This document shows, in pieces, positions 24,455 through 32,327 of a stretch of DNA of 64,000 bases. The position numbers were made by a program, and so were the translations under genes. Below the pieces are notes generated by a model. That model did not search any database. It was given only the letters and a program-made list of their open reading frames with translations, and was not told where the DNA came from. The stretch's first letter is position 1. The number at the start of each line of letters is the position of its first letter. Source of the stretch: Bugula neritina (Eukaryota > Animalia > Bryozoa); NCBI GenBank assembly GCA_964035545.1, contig OZ037768.1, positions 6,542,741 through 6,606,740 of the forward strand, in the 5' to 3' direction.

Positions 24455-25408
24455 ATGGGGGACGAAGGAGAAGCAGAAGTCATGGTAGAAGGAGAAGAAG
24501 AAGTCATGGTAGAAGGAGAAGAAGAAGGAGAAGGGGACCGTCTCACCATGGAGACACTCATCACGGCCCTCCGAGAGGTCGGAAAGACCGGACAGGCAAC
24601 ACCTGGAGACAGGTATCGCCTGAGGCCTCCGATTTTCGGAGGCGAGGGAGATATCGAACAATTCATCAGAGAGTTTGAGGAGGTAGCCACCCTCGCCGAA
24701 TGGCCGGCACCGGTGCGCCTCCTCCACCTCCGTACCTGTTTGACAGGACAGGCAAAGAGTTATGCTCTGGGACCCAATACAGCGCACATCTTTCAGGCCC
24801 TCAGGTCGCGTTTCGGGCTAACCGCCCGCGCCGCCAGGGACCGATTGCGCACCATACGCCGAGACCGGAAGACCTCACTCCAAGACCATGCGAACGCTAT
24901 TGAGGCACTAGTACCAGTAGCCCATAGCGACGACACACCGGCAGCACAAAGAGGTGCTGTGTATGAAGCCTTCTTCCACACAATCAATAACCCTGGACTA
25001 CAGCGTTATTACTTGGCAGCCAAGGTCACCACAATAGAGGAAGCCTTAGCCCTGGGCAAGGCTTACTACCAAGTAGAGGGACCTCAGTGTGCGGATTTCA
25101 CCGCTTGTCAGATTGAGGAACGACCCGAAGTCATCAAGCCGGATCAGCCAAACCCACAGGCCGTGGCGGCTGCTACCACTACTCCGTCACCTGACCAGAT
25201 GACCATGCTGATGGACATGGTAAAGGGATTGCAGGCAGAGATGAAACAGATGCAGAGAGAGCAGGCTGACAAACGAAACCCCCGACCCCGGGGTGAACCA
25301 GCCGGTACTACCCACCTCACCTGCTGGGGGTGTGGTGCCAGGGGACATGTACGAAGGCAATGCCCTCACGAAAGAAGGATGCCTTTAAACACCCGGGGCT
25401 CGCGGTAA
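24455..25408 (+). CDS. gag: Gag (capsid-like region plus CCHC zinc knuckle)
   Basis: 317-aa ORF just after the PBS. PPIFGGEGDIEQFIREFEEVATLAEW capsid-type motif and CWGCGARGHVRRQC knuckle. Confidence 0.93.
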   Translation: MGDEGEAEVMVEGEEEVMVEGEEEGEGDRLTMETLITALREVGKTGQATPGDRYRLRPPIFGGEGDIEQFIREFEEVATLAEWPAPVRLLHLRTCLTGQAKSYALGPNTAHIFQALRSRFGLTARAARDRLRTIRRDRKTSLQDHANAIEALVPVAHSDDTPAAQRGAVYEAFFHTINNPGLQRYYLAAKVTTIEEALALGKAYYQVEGPQCADFTACQIEERPEVIKPDQPNPQAVAAATTTPSPDQMTMLMDMVKGLQAEMKQMQREQADKRNPRPRGEPAGTTHLTCWGCGARGHVRRQCPHERRMPLNTRGSR

Positions 25409-28400
25409 CTTCCGCCAACCGTGAGCCACCAGCCAACCCCATCCGGGAAGAAATGACCCAAGGAGCCTCTTCCAGGCCAGCCGAGGCTACGTGGAGACGT
25501 CGGAGACCCCAGGGTCTGCCCGACCCTCCAGCCCAGCCACCTACGACCCGGATGGAACCCCCAGATGCAGGATGGCAGGCACCTCGGAGATCTCGGAGAC
25601 CGCAAGGTTTACCCGATCCTCCGGCCTGGCCACTCCAAAACCGGTTCGCGGGGTTGCCCGAAGAGGCTGTGGAGGAAGATTCAGCTTACTCGCAAGAGTA
25701 TCCAAAGCTACCCTCCCAGCCTCAGAAAACCCCCGTTGTCTGTAAGACGAAGAGGAGGCCCGCTGTAAGGACCCAAGAGGTGTCCCCCCCAGAGACTGAC
25801 CGACCCAGGAGCACCCAGCCGTATGGAAGCAGCTACTTCCTACCCGGAAAAATTTCGGGTAAAGCTGCCACCTTCCTGCTGGACACAGGGTGCACTACAA
25901 ACCTGTTAAGTCGGCGTCTCTTCGACACCCTTGGTGCCCGAGAGCGGGCGAGCCTCGAGCCATACGAGGGAGCACACGGTACGTTGGCGGACGGATCGTG
26001 TATTCCCTTCTATGGCATTATCACATTACCTGGACGAGTCCGTGATCAAGTGATTCACGAGACGTTCATTGTCAGCCACCTGAAGGAAGACGCCATTCTG
26101 GGAATGCCCTTTCTGGAGAAACACCAGTGTCACATGGATTTCCAGAAGTCGGCGGTGGTGATGGCTGGGAAGGAACTTGCCTGTGTGGACAAGTTTGGTA
26201 GGCCCTTGGTGGGCGGAGTCCAGGTAGTGCAGGACTGCACGATTCCAGGGAGATCCCAGGCTACTCTCCGATGCAGGGTCAACTGCAAGGAGATCGCCGC
26301 ACTGGGGGTGGTGGAGGGAACGCACGGAGCAATCCGACTGGCGAACAGCCTAAATCGGCTGGACTGTCGAAGAGAGCTCCTCGTGCAATGCATCAACCCC
26401 TTTGCGGAATCGGTCCGATTATCGGCTGGTGTACTGGTGGGGAAGTACCACTCCATCCATGAGGCGGATGTAGGTCCGGCACTGGAAACAGTGACCGACA
26501 CCCAGGGAAACCCCCCTCACAACCACCGAGAAGCAGTCCCGGAGCATGTGGCTGGCTTGTACAATGGAGCGTGTGGAAACTGTACGAGTAGTACTGAACG
26601 CCAAACACTGGCTCAACTACTCGCGGAGTACAGTGATGTCTTCAGTCGTGGTGATGAAGATATGGGGCTGACTAAGGTTATCTCCCACGAGATACCCCTG
26701 GCAGCTGGCACCACTCCCATCAGGCAGCCAACCCGACGTCTGGGCCCGGAGAAGGAGAAGGAGGTGAGCCGGCAGGTGCAAGATCTTCTCGACCGGGATC
26801 TGATTGAGCCTGCCCACGGTGCGTGGAGCTCTCCAGTAGTCCTGGTCAAGAAGAAGGATGGTAGCTGGAGGTTCTGTGTGGACTACCGCAGACTCAACAG
26901 CGTTACCATCCAGGACGCTTACCCCCTTCCGCGGATAGATGAGTCTCTGGATGCCCTCGCGGGTAGCAAGTACTTCAGTACTCTGGATCTGCTTAGCGGG
27001 TACTGGCAAGTACCCCTCAGTCCTGATGCTCAGGACAAAGCAGCATTCATTACCCGCGATGGGCTCTGGAAGTGGAAAGTACTGCCGTTTGGACTTACGT
27101 CCGCCCCGGCAACTTTCCAAAGACTCATGGAGCAGGTCCTCAGTGGGTTACACTGGAAGACCCTCCTAATCTATCTGGATGACGTCATTGTCATCTCCCC
27201 AGACTTTACGACTCATGTCAGTCGTCTGCGGGAGGTCTTTGACCGACTCCGGGCTGCTGGACTGAAGTTGAAGCCCTCCAAGTGTGCACTCCTACAGCAA
27301 GAAGTCACGTACCTGGGCCATGTGGTTGGCCGTGACGGGGTCGCTACCGATCCGGAGAAGGTACAGGCTGTGAAGGAGTGGGCCGTCCCCCGGGACCTCT
27401 CTGAATTGCGGGCATTCCTGGGCCTGGTAGGGTACTACAGGCAGTACGTACCCGGGTTTGCAGGGGTGGCTCAGCCTTTGAATCGGCTAACCGCCAAGGG
27501 AGTCCGGTGGCAGTGGACACAGGAGGAGCAGCAGGCATTCGACCACCTCAAACAACGGCTAATGGAGGCGCCGATTCTGGCGTATCCTGATCCAGCCAAA
27601 GAGTACATCCTGGACACCGACGCCAGCGACCACAGTGTGGGAGCTGTTCTGTCTCAAGTCCAGGGTGGAAGTGAGGTGGTCGTGGCTTACTACAGCAAGA
27701 CTCTCGCGGCCGCCGAGAAAAACTACTGCACCACTAGGAAGGAACTCCTAGCAGTAGTCAAGGCGGTCAAGCACTTTCGGCCATATCTGTATGGGAGAAC
27801 GTTCCGGTTGCGAACAGACCATGCATCACTGATATGGTTGTGTAAACGTGCAGAGCCCTCGAGCCAGGTGGCTCGTTGGCTAGAGATTCTTGCTGAGTTT
27901 TCCTACCGGATAGAGCACCGCGCCGGCAGGAAGCACGGGAACGCTGATGGCATGAGTCGCCGACCGGTAGAGAACTGCAAGCAATGCCTGCACATCGAGA
28001 GACGTGATGGGGGACCTGCTCGCCTTGACGTCGAGGCACAGTTGGGGGACGGCAACGTCTATCGTTGGGAGCACGGCCATCTTCGGCCTGAAACCCACTC
28101 AGACGACGTCCAGGCACTCCGTGCTAACCCCACACTGTACCAGAACGTCAAGGAGCTGTGTCGACTGCAAGAAACACTCCCTGGATCAGTAGCTGACATC
28201 TTCCGGGCCAAGAAAGAAGGCAGACGGCCCTCGGAGGAACAGCAACGGCAGGGGGACGCTGAGTTTCAGTTCTTCTGCCGCCGCTGGAATTCTCTCCAGA
28301 TTCGTTCAGACGGTCTCCTGACGATGACACTCGCAGCAGACAACCGACAACAGGAGAGGGATCGCGTCGTATGCCCACGCGCTCTCCGTCGGGAAATCAT

Positions 28401-30084
28401 CTGGGACACCCACAAACAGGCCCATGCGGGAGCCAGTCGGGTCATCAGATGCCTGCAGATGCGATGGTATTGGCCCGGAATGACCAGGGATGTGCGACTG
28501 AGAATTCGGCACTGTGAAGTCTGTCAGGCCAGCAAACACGGGCGCCCCACCGAAACCACGGGTCGGCGCCGGCTGTACGCCGGCCGACCCTGGCAGGTCG
28601 TAGCCGTGGACCTTGTGGGACCAATGCCCACGACAGAGAAGGGGAATTCCTGGATTCTGGTCTTAACAGATCATTTCACGCGGTGGGCAGACGCCCTGGC
28701 TATCCCCGACGCATCGGCACCCACGATAGCTCGGGTCCTGGACCAGCACGTGTTCTGCTACTTCGGCCTGCCCGAACAGATCCACACTGACCAGGGCGCC
28801 CAATTTCAGTCACAACTGTTGAAAGACCTTTGCCAAGTATGGGGGGTGAATCAGAGCCGGACCACTCCGTACCACCCTCAAGGAAACGGAGTAGTAGAGA
28901 GGAATAACCGGATGCTGGGTGATGCTCTCCGGAGTCTTTTGTTGGGGAGGAGCCAAGAAGAGTGGGACATCATGCTACCACAGATTATGCGAGCGTACCG
29001 AAGTACCCCTCACTCCAGTACACAAGAAACACCTAATCTGATGATGTTGGGCCGTGAAACTAGGGTGCCGGAGCATCTTGCTTACCATATTCCGAATCCC
29101 GAATTTCCAGTACACGAATACGTGGGAAAGTTGGTCGAGACCATGAGGAGGGCCCATGACGCATTGAGAGAGAAACAGTGGACGGTGCGGACAGAAGACT
29201 CCGAGGAGCCTCCCCTATACCGCGAAGGGGACTGGGTGTGGATGATCAGCTATCGTAGGCGGCGCGGGCAATCGGCTAAATTACAGCCTAAGTTCGTCGG
29301 CCCCTACTGCGTGGTAGAGGTTTTACCCAACCATACATATCGTGTGGAGCGCTCAGGGCAAATATCTGTCCAAAACGAGCAGCGGTTGAAACCCTACTAT
29401 GGGAGCCCAGAAGCTGCGGGACAGGCACCACCACTATTAGAGCCGGCCCGCCAACCCATATCCCGTGGGAGAAGGAACCAACCCAGAGACTGGGAAATTT
29501 TTATTCGTAATCCCGAGGAGCCCGACAATAGCCTGAGACCTCCGCCACAGAACCCACCCTCGGTTCCTCCTACTCCGGATCCACTCCCTAGGCCCACACA
29601 GATAGAGGACCTCTCACCGCCGCCAGATAACCCAGGACCAGTCACATCACCCGAAAACCAGGAGGAAGTACCTCCCATACACAACACTCCAGACCGGCCA
29701 GATACCTCAGTCTCCAACACCTTGGAGAGAGCCAGAAGAGACAGGAAACCCCCCAAGTACTTGGCTGATTATCACATAGGGCGTTTGACTGGCCCCCAGT
29801 CATCGAGTTGTTCACCCAGCACGGGTAAAGACTCCAAGCCTCGAATGCAAAGTAGCCCTGAAAGTGCAGGACAACTTCAGGTACAGCAACTCGCAAACCA
29901 GCCCAGACACATAGTAGACGGCCACCCACCCAGTGTTAACCTAAGTGGACAACGGTGCCCTAGACCTACCGATGGCCTTGACCTCACCCAGAGAAGTGAC
30001 TTAGACAGAAGAATTCAGGCCTTATCCTGCCACCTCGATCAATGCACAAGGGAGATAGAGAGCCTGATACGCCGAATCCGATGA
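25330..30084 (+). CDS. pol: Pol polyprotein: aspartic protease, RT, RNase H, integrase (probably expressed as Gag-Pol by frameshift near 25390)
   Basis: FLLDTG (DTG at 25882), WRFCVDYRRLN, YLDD (27172), LDTDAS..ELLAVV..TDH..NADGMSR, HxxxH..CEVC, VAVDL..TDQG..VERNN, GPY motif KFVGPY. No stops. Confidence 0.97.
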   Translation: MWCQGTCTKAMPSRKKDAFKHPGLAVTSANREPPANPIREEMTQGASSRPAEATWRRRRPQGLPDPPAQPPTTRMEPPDAGWQAPRRSRRPQGLPDPPAWPLQNRFAGLPEEAVEEDSAYSQEYPKLPSQPQKTPVVCKTKRRPAVRTQEVSPPETDRPRSTQPYGSSYFLPGKISGKAATFLLDTGCTTNLLSRRLFDTLGARERASLEPYEGAHGTLADGSCIPFYGIITLPGRVRDQVIHETFIVSHLKEDAILGMPFLEKHQCHMDFQKSAVVMAGKELACVDKFGRPLVGGVQVVQDCTIPGRSQATLRCRVNCKEIAALGVVEGTHGAIRLANSLNRLDCRRELLVQCINPFAESVRLSAGVLVGKYHSIHEADVGPALETVTDTQGNPPHNHREAVPEHVAGLYNGACGNCTSSTERQTLAQLLAEYSDVFSRGDEDMGLTKVISHEIPLAAGTTPIRQPTRRLGPEKEKEVSRQVQDLLDRDLIEPAHGAWSSPVVLVKKKDGSWRFCVDYRRLNSVTIQDAYPLPRIDESLDALAGSKYFSTLDLLSGYWQVPLSPDAQDKAAFITRDGLWKWKVLPFGLTSAPATFQRLMEQVLSGLHWKTLLIYLDDVIVISPDFTTHVSRLREVFDRLRAAGLKLKPSKCALLQQEVTYLGHVVGRDGVATDPEKVQAVKEWAVPRDLSELRAFLGLVGYYRQYVPGFAGVAQPLNRLTAKGVRWQWTQEEQQAFDHLKQRLMEAPILAYPDPAKEYILDTDASDHSVGAVLSQVQGGSEVVVAYYSKTLAAAEKNYCTTRKELLAVVKAVKHFRPYLYGRTFRLRTDHASLIWLCKRAEPSSQVARWLEILAEFSYRIEHRAGRKHGNADGMSRRPVENCKQCLHIERRDGGPARLDVEAQLGDGNVYRWEHGHLRPETHSDDVQALRANPTLYQNVKELCRLQETLPGSVADIFRAKKEGRRPSEEQQRQGDAEFQFFCRRWNSLQIRSDGLLTMTLAADNRQQERDRVVCPRALRREIIWDTHKQAHAGASRVIRCLQMRWYWPGMTRDVRLRIRHCEVCQASKHGRPTETTGRRRLYAGRPWQVVAVDLVGPMPTTEKGNSWILVLTDHFTRWADALAIPDASAPTIARVLDQHVFCYFGLPEQIHTDQGAQFQSQLLKDLCQVWGVNQSRTTPYHPQGNGVVERNNRMLGDALRSLLLGRSQEEWDIMLPQIMRAYRSTPHSSTQETPNLMMLGRETRVPEHLAYHIPNPEFPVHEYVGKLVETMRRAHDALREKQWTVRTEDSEEPPLYREGDWVWMISYRRRRGQSAKLQPKFVGPYCVVEVLPNHTYRVERSGQISVQNEQRLKPYYGSPEAAGQAPPLLEPARQPISRGRRNQPRDWEIFIRNPEEPDNSLRPPPQNPPSVPPTPDPLPRPTQIEDLSPPPDNPGPVTSPENQEEVPPIHNTPDRPDTSVSNTLERARRDRKPPKYLADYHIGRLTGPQSSSCSPSTGKDSKPRMQSSPESAGQLQVQQLANQPRHIVDGHPPSVNLSGQRCPRPTDGLDLTQRSDLDRRIQALSCHLDQCTREIESLIRRIR
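25384..25450 (+). promoter_or_regulatory. Programmed -1 ribosomal frameshift signal
   Basis: T_TTA_AAC (25384-25390) in the gag frame, 6-nt spacer, then a 10-bp stem GGCTCGCGGT/ACCGTGAGCC (25397-25427). Pol is in the -1 frame. Confidence 0.85.
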
Positions 30085-30175
30085 CTGAGACAAACAACTG
30101 CGAACCACCAGCATTCAACGCCCCGGACGGAGGCTGAACTGTTTTCTGTTATCGAAAAGGGAGATGCTTTTCGAT

Positions 30176-30185
30176 GGGGGGAGAA
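30176..30185 (+). promoter_or_regulatory. Polypurine tract
   Basis: GGGGGGAGAA directly before the TG of the 3' LTR. Confidence 0.9.
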
Positions 30186-30773
30186 TGTAATGGATTTTAA
30201 CGCTCTAGTAATTATATCGCGTCACTATTATAATGGACTTAGCGTAACTTTGTAAATACTGTAAATGCTATAATTATAGCTAAGCTCCTTGCGTAGCTTT
30301 CTAATGCCTCAAATATTGTAATTATAGCTAAGCTCTTAGTGTAGTAAATAGCGTAATGATTGTGAATTGCCCTTCCTATTATTTTTTTGTTTGTTCACTG
30401 TAATAGTTTTTGTGAGTTGTATCCCCTGCCACTTTTCTTTTTGTTTTATAAATAATTAACTATGTGAGCCGAAGCTCGTCCGAAGTCGGAACCGATGTCG
30501 GAGGAGCCTGTCCGAGATCGGGCCGGATATTTCCGACATCGGTCGCCGGAACTCCGGACTTCGTACGAGTTTCGGACCCCCTCAAGTGGCGGGAAATTCC
30601 CTGTATATAAGCGTGAGTTTTTCTAGTATGAATCAGTCTAACACTGGAGCTCGCAGAGGAAACATCAATAAAGACTATTAGAATCAATATTTTACAAAGA
30701 CTTTTATTCAACAATTACAAGTATTGGCATGCAGACTACTTGTCTATCTCATTAAACCCGCAAAATCACAACA
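30186..30773 (+). repeat. 3' LTR (588 bp)
   Basis: Same sequence as the 5' LTR by eye, preceded by the PPT and followed by the ATAT TSD. Confidence 0.97.
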
Positions 30774-30777
30774 ATAT

Positions 30778-31125
30778 TACTAATTATTAGTATTACTATT
30801 AGTATTAGTATAACTATAAGTATAAGTATAAGACTAAGTACAAGTATAATATTAAATAACTAATAAAAATAAAAATGATCATTGCATATTTTTCAGTACG
30901 AGCATCACTACCACTATCAGTGTGACTATCACAATGACTATGAGTATGAGTATCACTATCACTATTACAGTATTACTATTAGTATTACTATTGCCTGGAC
31001 TTGGTATTTAGGAGCAGCAGCGGAGAAATTGAGATTACAATCACTATCACGTATCAGTATCAGTATGAGCATCACTATCAGTATGAGTATGGTTATCACT
31101 TATTATTATCATTACGATTATAAAA
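30778..31125. repeat. Low-complexity TATTAG/TATCAC/TATGAG hexamer-family tract
   Basis: Visible 3/6-bp periodicity, which also explains the His/Tyr/Ile-rich ORF 30882-31175. Confidence 0.8.
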
Positions 31126-31450
31126 TTAAATGTATGGCAACTGTTGATCCAAGGTTAAATCAAATTGACACATAATATTAATAAGATTCTATACCTTAAT
31201 CAAATACGTGCGATTTAAAATTTTAGATTAATCTTCCCGCTGAAGAAAATCATACAAGCTCATACAACAAGCGCAAGGTTTGATTTGACCACGTGATCAC
31301 TATTGTTATGGAAATAACCTTCATACAGCAGTTGCGTCTTTAAAATAGCGTTTAGACTGAGTTTATTCAAAGCATTACATTCCCTTGTCATTCCAATAGC
31401 TGCAATATAACTGTGTACTAGCGTGTATCCCGGCTAAGAGCAAGGGCGAA

Positions 31451-31628
31451 CAGAATTTTTTTATAAGCAGCTCCAAATTGAGAGTGATTGAGTACAGTAG
31501 TTTAGATTTCTTGAGTTTTAAGTTGGGGGTTTAAGTTGGAGTTTGAAACGCCCCAACTCTAAACTCGAAAATTCTAAACTATTACACTCCGCTAACCTCA
31601 ACTCGGAGCTGCTTATAAAAGTATTCCG
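31451..31628. mobile_element. ~175-bp foldback / MITE-like palindromic element
   Basis: TTTTATAAGCAGCTCC at the left and GGAGCTGCTTATAAAA at the right are exact complements, and imperfect complementarity continues inward to GTTGGGG/CCCCAAC. Confidence 0.65.
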
Positions 31629-32327
31629 ACAAATAATGTTGGCTAAAGCACTGAATAAAACTAAAACAATTAGCATTAGTATTAGTATTAGTATTACTCA
31701 ATTAGTATTACAATAACAGCCTTACTACTAAAACTACATCTACTATCAGTATCAGGAATACTAATATACTGAATAATTATAATAAATTTATATAAAGTTA
31801 AACTAGAAATTTAAAGTTAACATTTACTGATTTAGTTGTTTTGTAATTCACTAATACTAATACTGAGTAATAGTAATTGTTGGTGTTCTTGTACTCAGGT
31901 AGTTACTAAAGCTAGTACTAGTATCAATTGTAGACGCAGTAGTAGTACTACTACTTCTCTTTTGCTCAAGTATTAAATTTAGTGTGTGATTTGAAGGGCT
32001 TCGATTAGTGAATTCCAAATACATGTGATGTAACTGTATTGTATTCTTTAAACTGCCATGAGATTGAGCAAAGCTTTGTCTAAAATAGTCAAATTTACTT
32101 TTAGGGAAGCTCTAAATAGTAAAATACTAATTGAAAGTTGATGTTAAAATTTCTTTCATCAAACAATTTTAGACTACTAGCAGTAGCCCTAGGTTTATTT
32201 AAACCAATTTCATCATGAAATGTTGAAGCAAGGTTCAGAAACTGAAGTCAAAAATTAATTATAATAAATTGATGATGTGATGCTGTGAATTAATATTAAT
32301 ATTATTCTACTTGTTTATTGTAGAAAA

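Larger units (their letters stand above)
23795..30773 (+). mobile_element. Full-length Ty3/Gypsy (Metaviridae) LTR retrotransposon
   Basis: TG...CA LTRs 23795-24382 and 30186-30773, ATAT TSD (23791-23794, 30774-30777), PBS, PPT, uninterrupted gag and pol with PR-RT-RH-IN order. Confidence 0.98.

Noticed and set aside
25330-25383. Independent GTG start of pol as given in the ORF track
   Set aside because: The -1 frameshift signal at 25384-25427 explains Pol expression better.
25187-29929. Many short antisense and alternate-frame ORFs within gag-pol
   Set aside because: Expected shadows of GC-rich coding sequence, with no motifs.
30085-30185. env-like third ORF
   Set aside because: Only ~100 nt lie between the pol stop and the 3' LTR.
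30882-31175. His/Tyr-rich 97-aa ORF
   Set aside because: Translation of a hexamer low-complexity tract, with a non-ATG start.
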